Shown: in pieces, positions 8,558-17,313 of the stretch | Position numbering within the stretch: the stretch's first letter is position 1 | Layout: each line of letters starts with the position of its first letter | IMG/VR virus record: IMGVR_UViG_3300031841_005609 | Coordinates: 1-64,000 of that record | Strand: one strand, 5' to 3' | Source of the DNA: a virus | DNA: 64,000 nt | Program-made: the position numbers and the translations under genes | Notes under the pieces: generated by a model | Told to the model about the DNA's origin: nothing | The model's input: the letters and a program-made list of their open reading frames with translations, nothing else | The model's database searches: none

Positions 8558-9720
8558 AGTCAGTTCTTTTAAGAGGTCCAGTATTTTCTAAATCGGGCTA
8601 TGGCGAACACACTCGCCAGATTTACAGATATCTTCGTGAGCAAAACGTCAAAATATCTATAGAGTCTTTAAACTGGGGTTATACACCTTGGTTTGTCAAG
8701 AGTTCTGACTACTTCGGACTTATCGGAGAGATGCAAGAAAAATGCAGCAGAGATCCTAGCGAGAAATATGATGTCACCATACAGTGTCAGCTTCCAAACG
8801 AATGGGATCCTAATCTTGGTAATTTCAACATCGGCGTAACTGCGGGTGTTGAGACAGACTTTGCAAATCCTTCATGGACAACTGTTGACGTCAACAAAAT
8901 GGACCTTGTTTTAGTTCCTTCCGAATTCACCAAGAGTTCTTTTGAAAAACTAGTAAAGCCCAGAACTGAGATAAAAGTAGTTCCTGAATCTTATTATGAT
9001 GAACTACTAACTGATTCTCAAAAGTCTGAGGCTGAAGAAGCCCTTGTTACCGACTTTAACTTCTTGACAGTCGGAGTTTTGACAGGCACTTCTCCCGAGA
9101 CAGACAGAAAGAATCTTTTCTATCTAATAAAATGGTTTGTCGAAGAGTTTAAGAATGACAAGAACGTTGGGTTGGTTATAAAGACCAACAAGGGAAGAGA
9201 CACCGAAATAGACAAAGTAGCGACAACTCGTCTTTTAGCACAAGTTCTTAGTGAGGTAGGACACACAGGTTTTCCTAGAGTCTATCTTCTTCACGGAGAG
9301 ATGTCTAGACCGGACATGAGAGATCTTTATAAGTCTGAAAAAATAAAAGCCTACGTTTCAGCAACAAGAGGTGAGGGATTTGGATTGCCTTTGCTCGAAG
9401 CGGCTGTTTCAGGATTGCCTGTAATTGCCACAAACTGGTCAGCTCACACTGAATTTTTAAACAGAGGTAAGTGGATAAGTCTAGACTTTGATCTAAAAGA
9501 AGTAGCAGATTCAAAGATAGACGATCAGATATTCATCAAGGGGTCTAAATGGGCCGAAGTCAGAGAAGACGATTTCAAGAGAAAGCTTAGAAATTTTTAT
9601 AAAAAGCCGGGTCTTCCCAAAGAGTGGGCAAAAAATCTTAGCGGAAATTTGAAAAAAGAATATTCAATAGAGTCTATTAAAAATCACTATCACGAGGCAA
9701 TAGGAGATCATCTCACTTGA
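8554..9720 (+). CDS. GT-B fold family 4 glycosyltransferase
   Basis: GPVFSKSGYGEH, DRKN, and RGEGFGLPLLEAAVSGLPVIATNWSAH. Start moved to TTG 8554, downstream of GGAGG. Confidence 0.9.
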   Translation: MKSVLLRGPVFSKSGYGEHTRQIYRYLREQNVKISIESLNWGYTPWFVKSSDYFGLIGEMQEKCSRDPSEKYDVTIQCQLPNEWDPNLGNFNIGVTAGVETDFANPSWTTVDVNKMDLVLVPSEFTKSSFEKLVKPRTEIKVVPESYYDELLTDSQKSEAEEALVTDFNFLTVGVLTGTSPETDRKNLFYLIKWFVEEFKNDKNVGLVIKTNKGRDTEIDKVATTRLLAQVLSEVGHTGFPRVYLLHGEMSRPDMRDLYKSEKIKAYVSATRGEGFGLPLLEAAVSGLPVIATNWSAHTEFLNRGKWISLDFDLKEVADSKIDDQIFIKGSKWAEVREDDFKRKLRNFYKKPGLPKEWAKNLSGNLKKEYSIESIKNHYHEAIGDHLT

Positions 9721-10010
9721 TCTATTGGTACATAGGTTCGTCTGTACTTTTAACATATGCTGTACTAGTGTCTTATTATTGTCTAAAGTTTGCTATGGTA
9801 ATCCTTAGAGTTCAAGAATCTATAGAGGAGTCAGTAGACTTAATAGAAGAGAAATATGAAAGTATGTCTGAGATTTTATCCAGACCCTTGTTTTATGACA
9901 GTCCTGAAGTTAGAAGGGTTGTTGAAGATATCTCTGAAGTAAGAGATTCTTTGAATCAGGTAGCTTTCGACTTAACAAACAAGCTAGAGAAAGACACAGA
10001 ACTAGAATGA
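9717..10010 (+). CDS. Small membrane-anchored coiled-coil protein
   Basis: Hydrophobic N-terminal segment (YIGSSVLLTYAVLVSYYCLKFAMVIL) followed by an acidic helical region; translationally coupled on both sides. Confidence 0.6.
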   Translation: MIYWYIGSSVLLTYAVLVSYYCLKFAMVILRVQESIEESVDLIEEKYESMSEILSRPLFYDSPEVRRVVEDISEVRDSLNQVAFDLTNKLEKDTELE

Positions 10011-10735
10011 AGGGTAGAAAAAAGATAAGGAGAAAACCAGGAACTCCTAGAAACATGTACTTTACGAAAGAGACTGGTGAGTCTATCGCGAAGTATTGTG
10101 AAACTGAGTGCCCTGATTCTAAAAGAAGCATCTATGAAAAAGAGATATTGCCATCTTTTGACAAGCTGGCAGAGAACTTAATTTTTGTGTACGGTTTTAA
10201 ATCTCCTTATGCTACATCTGAAGAGCTTAAGGTGGATTGCGTCTCTTTTATGTTTGAAACTTTGCATAAATGGGATCCCTCTAGAGGATCAAAAGCTTTT
10301 TCTTATTTTAACGTGGTCGCTAAGAACTGGTTTATTATCAACACCAGAAAACATTTAAAGAGAAGAAACAGACATCTCAGTATCGATGATCCTAATTCTA
10401 TGTCAGCGGCTCAAAGGGCCGTTTTCGAAGATTTCGACTATGTTCCACCAGCTGACGAAATCATGATAAAAAACCAAGCTAAGAAAGAGATCATTAATCT
10501 TTTAGAAGATATGAAAGTAAAGCTCACAAACGAAAATGAGCTAAAGTGTCTTCATGCAATCGAGACTCTTTTTGGCTCTATTGATGATCTTGAGCTTCTA
10601 AACAAAAGAGCTGTCTTGTTATACATAAGAGAGATAAGTGGTCTAGACAAGAAGCACCTTTCAAAAGCAATGTCTGTGATTAGAAGACACTATAGGGCTA
10701 TGTCAAAGCTTCCCGACAAGTACTGTATTTTTTGA
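10007..10735 (+). CDS. Phage late-transcription sigma factor (T4 gp55-like)
   Basis: MYFT, FDKLAENLI, and KWDPSRGSKAFSYFNVVAKNWFI (sigma region 2-like). Confidence 0.7.
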   Translation: MKGRKKIRRKPGTPRNMYFTKETGESIAKYCETECPDSKRSIYEKEILPSFDKLAENLIFVYGFKSPYATSEELKVDCVSFMFETLHKWDPSRGSKAFSYFNVVAKNWFIINTRKHLKRRNRHLSIDDPNSMSAAQRAVFEDFDYVPPADEIMIKNQAKKEIINLLEDMKVKLTNENELKCLHAIETLFGSIDDLELLNKRAVLLYIREISGLDKKHLSKAMSVIRRHYRAMSKLPDKYCIF

Positions 10736-10741
10736 GGAATC

Positions 10742-11119
10742 ATGAAAGATAACGAAGAAAAAATAGACAAGATGCTCAAAAAGGTGAAAAAGAAAGAAGA
10801 AAGACTAAAAAGTTTTTCTGAGCTTCTCGAAGGCCTTGCAACGACAGATGAAAAAAAGAAGTCTCTTTGGAAAGAGATTTATGAAAACGCTGTGAGTGAC
10901 AGAGAAAGAGCTTCTATTCTTTTCACTGAGGCTTATAAGACAATGGGCTCGAGTACGTCTGATCATGTTGCCATGGGCACTATAATGTCGAAATACCTTG
11001 AAAGAATGTCAAAGTCAAACGACCAGATATTAAACTTGGCTGATTTAGTAAACAAAGCTGAGCAAGATCAAGAAAAGATAGTTCCTGACGAGCTGTATAG
11101 CAAGATCTTAGGTGACTAA
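10742..11119 (+). CDS. Hypothetical helical protein
   Basis: GAGG SD; coiled-coil-like sequence; no recognisable motif. Confidence 0.55.
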   Translation: MKDNEEKIDKMLKKVKKKEERLKSFSELLEGLATTDEKKKSLWKEIYENAVSDRERASILFTEAYKTMGSSTSDHVAMGTIMSKYLERMSKSNDQILNLADLVNKAEQDQEKIVPDELYSKILGD

Positions 11120-12720
11120 TGACAAATCTTTTTAGACCTAACAAGGAGATAATAGAGGCACCTTTTTCTAGGTTTGTCGTGGTTGAAGTTCTTTCAAAGA
11201 CATATCACGAAAGAGAGAAGATAGCTGAATGGTCACAAAGTGTTAATAATGTAAAGTTCTTCATTCAAACTACTGGGGAGGACGGAGAAAATTTAGAGTC
11301 TTATTTGATAGCCCCTAGGAATTCTCTAATAGCCAAAAAGATAGATGGTGGAGAAAGTAGATCTGAGGGAAATCTAGTCGTCATGTATCCTTTTTTCTCT
11401 TCTCATTTTTCATTACCTGTCAAGCCAGGCGAACAAGTATGGGGGATGGAAGAAGTTGACGGAAAAGTCTTTTGGGTCTCAAGGATACATGAACCAGACA
11501 CTGTTGAAGATCTTAATTACACGCACGGTGACAGAAGAGATATACCCACGATTCAAGAGACCAACGAAGTCAAAGAAGAGTCTCCTGATAATCTAGTAAT
11601 TGAAAGGGCTCCTTCTTTTCCAAACGGTTTCAAGCTAACAAATAGAGCATCAGATCTTTTGGATCCTGAAGCTACTGATTTGGAAAAGCTGAATGAAGCG
11701 GGAGTAAATGAGGACTACTTTACCCTTCCTGACTTAGACGGATATGAGAAGATAGTTTCGGAAAACTCAGAGTCAGATTCTATTATCTTTGAACCTGTCC
11801 CTAGACACACTAAGAGACCAGGAGATCTAACTCTCCACGGATCGAACAATGCATCTATAACTCTAGGAACTGAAAGAGGGTTCGGAGCAAATGTACGACC
11901 TGAAGACGCTGAAGGCAGCAATTTAACTCCAGAGAATGATGATGCTTCTCTTGTAGGGCTTTCTGAGGGAATGGGAGCAATCGATATTGTTGTAGGAAGA
12001 GGTAGACTTCACGAAGGATCTGAAGCTAACTCTGATGTCGATCCGATAGGAACGAGACCCAGGGTTATAGAAAACTCTAGAGAGAATTTTGAGACCGACA
12101 AGAACGTAGGCTTAGACTCTTCTAAAGCACCCGAAGGATCAGCACTAGCTGATGTTAACGAAGGTGATCCCGACTTCATCAATGATGCGTCGAGGGTTTA
12201 TATTTCAATGTTCTCAGACCCTGACAATCTATTTGGCCTCTCATATCCTGACCAACCCACAGAAGGCACTGTCGTTGAGCCCACTCCTGGTGATTCTGCG
12301 ATCGTTTTTAAATCTGATCAAATAAGAATAGTCGCGCGTAAGGATGACGACAACGGAATCAATGGTTCAATTAGGATAATCAAGGAAGGTGAATCAGAAG
12401 CTGACAGAGCAACTATAGTGATACAGCCTGACGGATCGATTATGATCGACGGTCCCAAGATCATCATAGGGGACGGAAGAGAAGACGCTAGCGGAGAAAA
12501 CGGTGCCGGAACTCAAGTTGTTTTGGGTAGAGGAGCTAGCGAGTCTATTCTTCTGGGTGACAAGCTTATAACAATGCTGAAGTCACTAGAGGAAAAATTC
12601 AACAATCACATTCACAACACAGGTGCCGGACCGTCATCAAATCACGTTGCAGGAGGCGCCACAGAGATGTCTGCGGAGGATTGGGATACTGCAAAGAGCA
12701 AAGTTGGGAAAACCAAGTAA
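11119..12720 (+). CDS. Baseplate hub/central spike protein (gp5/gpV-like)
   Basis: OB-fold-like LPVKPGEQVW, GDLTLHGSNNASITLG, KSDQIRIVAR, and C-terminal LLGDKL...HIHNTGAGPS (HxH spike-tip motif); lies upstream of gp25/gp6. Confidence 0.7.
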   Translation: MTNLFRPNKEIIEAPFSRFVVVEVLSKTYHEREKIAEWSQSVNNVKFFIQTTGEDGENLESYLIAPRNSLIAKKIDGGESRSEGNLVVMYPFFSSHFSLPVKPGEQVWGMEEVDGKVFWVSRIHEPDTVEDLNYTHGDRRDIPTIQETNEVKEESPDNLVIERAPSFPNGFKLTNRASDLLDPEATDLEKLNEAGVNEDYFTLPDLDGYEKIVSENSESDSIIFEPVPRHTKRPGDLTLHGSNNASITLGTERGFGANVRPEDAEGSNLTPENDDASLVGLSEGMGAIDIVVGRGRLHEGSEANSDVDPIGTRPRVIENSRENFETDKNVGLDSSKAPEGSALADVNEGDPDFINDASRVYISMFSDPDNLFGLSYPDQPTEGTVVEPTPGDSAIVFKSDQIRIVARKDDDNGINGSIRIIKEGESEADRATIVIQPDGSIMIDGPKIIIGDGREDASGENGAGTQVVLGRGASESILLGDKLITMLKSLEEKFNNHIHNTGAGPSSNHVAGGATEMSAEDWDTAKSKVGKTK

Positions 12721-13292
12721 TGGCCTTAAGCAAAGAAGGACTTGAAACCGCAATCCAGTCTGTGATAGACGGACCTCCTGACTCTGTTGAAAGCTACGTC
12801 TCAGGAATATGTGATGCTATTGATAGCTATTTAAGCAACATAGAACTAGATCCTTTTCCAGCTCCGGGAGTAAATCCAGCTGGTCCGACACCCGATCCTA
12901 GTTTTGTTGAAGATCAACCGGTCGAGCCTGCTGCTCCTCTAAAAGCCATTCAGTTTAGAGCGGCTTTCTTGGCGGCTGCTAACGCAGCCGCCGGTGGAGC
13001 GGATAGAGACTACTCAGCTTGTACTGCTGGCTTTGTTACTGACATCTCTTTGTTGGCCAGTGTAAAAAATGCCGGCGGATATACATCCGCGGGTTCTACG
13101 GCTTGTCCTTCCGGGCCTGACGTAGATGCCGCAATGGATCAAGGCTTGACCGATATAGCACCGCCAGAAGGTAAGTTTGCCAAAGAGTTGTCAAAACAAA
13201 TACACGATGCAACAACATCTTCGACTTTTTCTGGCCCCTACTTGAAAGCCGCATTTGCAGGACCATCTCCTTATTCTTCTTCTCTCAGTTGA
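12720..13292 (+). CDS. Hypothetical virion protein downstream of the spike gene
   Basis: Start moved to ATG 12720 (TAATG overlap; MALSKEGLETAI); Ala/Pro/Gly-rich. Confidence 0.55.
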   Translation: MALSKEGLETAIQSVIDGPPDSVESYVSGICDAIDSYLSNIELDPFPAPGVNPAGPTPDPSFVEDQPVEPAAPLKAIQFRAAFLAAANAAAGGADRDYSACTAGFVTDISLLASVKNAGGYTSAGSTACPSGPDVDAAMDQGLTDIAPPEGKFAKELSKQIHDATTSSTFSGPYLKAAFAGPSPYSSSLS

Positions 13293-13371
13293 CATACCTA
13301 CACAATAAAGTCAACTTAAATACATTTCAGACGTATATAGTCGATCAACTCTAATAATCTTGAGGAGTGTC

Positions 13372-13378
13372 ATAATTA
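13372..13378 (+). promoter_or_regulatory. Putative late promoter motif ATAATTA
   Basis: Intergenic; precedes the GAGGTG SD and GTG start of the gp25-like gene. Confidence 0.45.
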
Positions 13379-13394
13379 TTGCAGAGGTGAAACC

Positions 13395-13883
13395 GTGTCG
13401 AATCAAGAAAGAAAAGTATATAGTTTTAAGTCGGTAGGCGAAACAAAACCTGAGAGAGACAAGAGAGCTCAGGATAGAACTCTAGACCTTCCAATAGGGA
13501 TAAAGACTCCGATGAGATTATCTGCTGGAAATTTCGCTCTCTTTGACATGCATACAGATTTGGCTGGTCAGATAAGAGATAACTTTAGAAACATGGTTGC
13601 TACTAATCACGGAGAAAGACTTTCTATTTACGACTTTGGAGGAAATCTTCTTCCTCTTGCTTTTGAGCTAGGTTCTGATGATATAGACTCTCAGGCGATA
13701 CGAAGAATTACAGCTACCACTGAAAAATATATGCCCTTCATTTCTCTAGAGACTTTCGAACCTTTCAGAGAAAATAGTGAAGATGGAAATCTTGCAAAAA
13801 TAGGTGTTAGAGTTACTTACTCAATACCAAGCATACAAGTTACAAATCAGGCTGTTGAAGCTTTAATATACGCAGTTGGGTAA
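13395..13883 (+). CDS. gp25: Baseplate wedge subunit, gp25/GpW family
   Basis: QIRDNFRNMVATNHGERLSIYDFGGNL...EKYMPFI matches the gp25 pattern T-x-x-G-E-R...F-G. Confidence 0.85.
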   Translation: MSNQERKVYSFKSVGETKPERDKRAQDRTLDLPIGIKTPMRLSAGNFALFDMHTDLAGQIRDNFRNMVATNHGERLSIYDFGGNLLPLAFELGSDDIDSQAIRRITATTEKYMPFISLETFEPFRENSEDGNLAKIGVRVTYSIPSIQVTNQAVEALIYAVG

Positions 13884-13887
13884 TTAG

Positions 13888-15780
13888 ATGACAAAGAAAA
13901 TAAAAGACAGGCTTAGAGCCGGCTCGAACAGAACTTTTCTTGCCAGGGACTTTGAAGGATTCAGGACACAGCTGATAGAAAGTGCTAGGATATTCTATCC
14001 TGACAAAATACAAGATTTTTCTGAGGCGTCTTTAGGAGGTTTGTTGGTAGATCTTGCAGCAACTGTAGGAGATACCATGTCTTTTTATTTGGATCACCAG
14101 TTTAGAGAGCTTGACCCCTCTAGGGCTGTTGAATTCGACAATATAGCTACTCATATAAGAAATGCCGGCGTCAAAGTTATGGGAGCATCTCCAGCAGCTG
14201 GAAAAGCTACATTAAGTTTCACAGTTCCTTCTGAGTCCTATGTTGATGAAAATTTTGAAACTGCATACAGACCAAAAGAATCGGCACTTCCCTATGTCTT
14301 TGAAGAAACAGCTCTGGAATCATCAAATGGGATTATTTTTAATTTAGTTGAAGATATCGACTTCGCTGAAAAAGATGTTTTAGACCAGCTAGTTGCAAAG
14401 AAATCAGTCAAAGACGTGGAGGATGGAACTCCTAGAAACTGGATAGTTTCAAGAGACGTAGATATAATATCAGGAGAAGAGATCGTAGAGACCTTCGCGA
14501 TAGAAGATGAACATGTACCCTTTAGAGAAATTGTTCTGGGGAATCAAAACGTAACACAAGTGCTAAGTGTTTTTGACTCCGATGGTAATGAATATTTTGA
14601 AGTCGACTCTCTGAGTCAAGATACTGTATTCGAGCCAGTAAAAAACACCAGAAAGGAAGATTCTGACTTGGTGCCTTATACCCTGGAGGTTAAGCATGCA
14701 CCAAGGCGTTTCGTTTCCATAACATCTCCTTCAAATTTTAGAACTACTATCAGGTTCGGCAGCGGAAACTCTCTTTCGCTTGATGACGACATAGCTCCGG
14801 ATCCAAGTGAGTTAGCCCTGAGCATGTATGGAAAAAAGACTTTTTCAAAGTTTTCAATAGATCCTAATGCCTTGATCGACACACAAACATTGGGTATATC
14901 ACCTAGAGGAACTACGATAACAGTCACATACAGACACGGAGGAGGCTTGCGACACAATGTTCCTAGCGGAAATATAAATGGGTTTAGCAATATATCTCTA
15001 GAGTTTAGAAAGAACCCCGATCCAAACGAAGCTCTGTCTGTCAGGCTTAGTGCTTCGGTTGTAAACAAAAAGTCTGCTTCTGGAGGAGCTAACGCTCCTG
15101 ACACTGATTTCTTAAGATCTTTAATAGCACCTTCCCGAAATGCTCAGTCAAGAATAGTGACAAAAGAAGATTTAATAGCCAGGATCTATACGCTTCCAAA
15201 TAGATTCGGAAGAGTTTTCAGAGTAGGACTTTCTGAAAACTCTATGACAGGTACTTCTCTCATAGTGCATGTAATAAGCCTTGACGCTGACGGGAACTTG
15301 ACTATATCTCCTGATACTCTTAAACAGAACTTAAGCACCTACTTGAACGAGTTTAGGCTTCTTTCTGACGCTATAGACGTAGTTGACGCAAAGGTTTTAA
15401 ATTATAAAGTTAGGTACGAAGTAATTCTAGATAAGAAAGTAAACAAGCAGGCCACGCTTCTCACTATAAATAGAAATCTATCAGAGGCACTTCAGAGAAG
15501 GTACTTTCAAATTGATCAACCGATTATCGTCGACGATATCGTGAATGTCATAATAAATACTCAGGGAGTTATTTCAATCAACGATATAGAGATAGTACCT
15601 GCAGTAGGAGTAGAATCTTCAGCCGGTGACAGGTTTGGAGAAGGGGATGGCGGAAGGATATATTCAGTTCATCCTTTTCAGTCCGAAGGTAGTGTTAAGA
15701 GAGGCATTTTGACGGGAGATGTAGGTTCAATCTTTGAGCTAAGATATCCTGAAAACGACATAATCGGGTACGCGGTGTAA
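13888..15780 (+). CDS. gp6: Baseplate wedge subunit, T4 gp6/baseplate J-like
   Basis: RDFEGFRTQLI, DFSEASLGGLLVDLAATVGDTMSFYLD, IRFGSG, ASGGA and AQSRIVTKED. Confidence 0.88.
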   Translation: MTKKIKDRLRAGSNRTFLARDFEGFRTQLIESARIFYPDKIQDFSEASLGGLLVDLAATVGDTMSFYLDHQFRELDPSRAVEFDNIATHIRNAGVKVMGASPAAGKATLSFTVPSESYVDENFETAYRPKESALPYVFEETALESSNGIIFNLVEDIDFAEKDVLDQLVAKKSVKDVEDGTPRNWIVSRDVDIISGEEIVETFAIEDEHVPFREIVLGNQNVTQVLSVFDSDGNEYFEVDSLSQDTVFEPVKNTRKEDSDLVPYTLEVKHAPRRFVSITSPSNFRTTIRFGSGNSLSLDDDIAPDPSELALSMYGKKTFSKFSIDPNALIDTQTLGISPRGTTITVTYRHGGGLRHNVPSGNINGFSNISLEFRKNPDPNEALSVRLSASVVNKKSASGGANAPDTDFLRSLIAPSRNAQSRIVTKEDLIARIYTLPNRFGRVFRVGLSENSMTGTSLIVHVISLDADGNLTISPDTLKQNLSTYLNEFRLLSDAIDVVDAKVLNYKVRYEVILDKKVNKQATLLTINRNLSEALQRRYFQIDQPIIVDDIVNVIINTQGVISINDIEIVPAVGVESSAGDRFGEGDGGRIYSVHPFQSEGSVKRGILTGDVGSIFELRYPENDIIGYAV

Positions 15781-15783
15781 AAA

Positions 15784-17313
15784 ATGAAAATATTCTGTAC
15801 TGCCAGTTCTGATCTTTACATAACAGATAAGATCATCAATGAAAAGATTCGGGCTACTGATGCTAACACAGGAAAAGCTGGAACTTTGGACCTTTTTAAG
15901 CTTTATGATGAGACTGAGCTAACAGGATCTGACAGCCAGAACGAGATCTCTAGATTGCTTGTTAAGTTTGACCTCACCAAACCCAGAGATCTAATAAGAA
16001 AAAATCTCGATGTAAGGCACAAGAGCTTTAGCGCAAAAATAAAGCTTTTTGACATAAGATCAGGTCATGCAACTCCTTCAAGATTTTCTGTCGTAGCTTA
16101 TCCTCTCTCTAGAAGTTTTGAAGAAGGTATCGGAAGAAATATCTCAGAATTCTCCGACCTAGGAGTTTCTAACTTTTTTACTTCATCTATTCAAAACGGA
16201 TCTCCTGTTGCTTGGGCTGTTTCCGGAGCGAACGGAAAGGGAGGGCTTAATACCGGTAACATAGACCTTATAGAATCTGGAACCATCGGTGGCGAAGTCT
16301 TTCAGTTTGGATCATCTCAGTTTTTTGAATCCGGAAACGAAGATCTCTCAATAGACGTAACTACAGCTATTTCAGGCACCTTGATGGGCCACGTTCCCGA
16401 TCTAGGGTTTAGAATATCCTTTTCAGGTTCCGACGAGTCTGATAAAAAAACTAGATTCGTTAAAAGGTTTGCTTCTAGGCACTCTTCGAACCCGTTACTT
16501 CGGCCTAGACTTGAAATATCATATGACGACTCAGTAAAAGACGATAGATCAGAGTTTTATTTTGACAACTTCGGAACTGTTTTCTTAAGAAACAGCAAGG
16601 GGTCTTCTTTTTCTAATTTAAAGGCCGGAGGTTCTCAGATCACCGGAGACGATGCCCTTAAGATAAAAATCAGAAAAGGAAAGTACAGTAAAGTTTTTAA
16701 TGCATCTCAGGTCAAAGTAGGGTCTTATGACTCTCTTGCCACCGGAATATACTCAGCTTCTTTTTCTGTTTCTTCCGAGGATTCAACAGAATATGAAAGA
16801 GGAAAGTCTCTTGCATCTCTTATTGCAAAAGAAAAAGAAGTAGTTTTTGAAGAATTTTGGTTTTCTAATGATGGTACAAAAGGATTTTATACGGGTTCTT
16901 TGACGCTAAAATCTGAGAAAGCTCAGGCTTCTGTCTTCGGAGATGACATCGAAGTTTTTTCAACAAACTGTAGATCTTCTTACTTCACCACAGACAGTGA
17001 CAAGATACGCCTCTTTGGTCTAAATAGAACAGAAGATCAAAATAAACCTAGAAAGAAGTCAATCAAGAGAAGATCAGAAGTTTTTGAAAAGGTTTATTAC
17101 AGAGTTATCGATGCAGATAGTCTAGACGTAATATTTGATTTCGGAGAATCAGATAATTCCACTAGAGTTTCAACTGACGATGAAGGAATGTATTTTAATT
17201 TTCACATGGATGTCCTTCACCCCGGAAGATCTTATGTTTTCGAATACCTGATAATACAGGGTAATCACAGAAGAATATCTAGGGATTCTAAATCTAGATT
17301 TACGGTGAGATAA
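15784..17313 (+). CDS. Baseplate-associated structural protein
   Basis: Directly follows gp6; SRLLVKFD...RPRLEISYDDS (DNRLRE-like beta domain), then an Ig-like C-terminal region. Confidence 0.55.
   Translation: MKIFCTASSDLYITDKIINEKIRATDANTGKAGTLDLFKLYDETELTGSDSQNEISRLLVKFDLTKPRDLIRKNLDVRHKSFSAKIKLFDIRSGHATPSRFSVVAYPLSRSFEEGIGRNISEFSDLGVSNFFTSSIQNGSPVAWAVSGANGKGGLNTGNIDLIESGTIGGEVFQFGSSQFFESGNEDLSIDVTTAISGTLMGHVPDLGFRISFSGSDESDKKTRFVKRFASRHSSNPLLRPRLEISYDDSVKDDRSEFYFDNFGTVFLRNSKGSSFSNLKAGGSQITGDDALKIKIRKGKYSKVFNASQVKVGSYDSLATGIYSASFSVSSEDSTEYERGKSLASLIAKEKEVVFEEFWFSNDGTKGFYTGSLTLKSEKAQASVFGDDIEVFSTNCRSSYFTTDSDKIRLFGLNRTEDQNKPRKKSIKRRSEVFEKVYYRVIDADSLDVIFDFGESDNSTRVSTDDEGMYFNFHMDVLHPGRSYVFEYLIIQGNHRRISRDSKSRFTVR

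Noticed and set aside
13289-13317. Perfect TTGACA as a sigma70 -35 box
   Set aside because: No TAnnnT at 16-18 nt spacing; the hexamer overlaps a stop codon and an inverted repeat.
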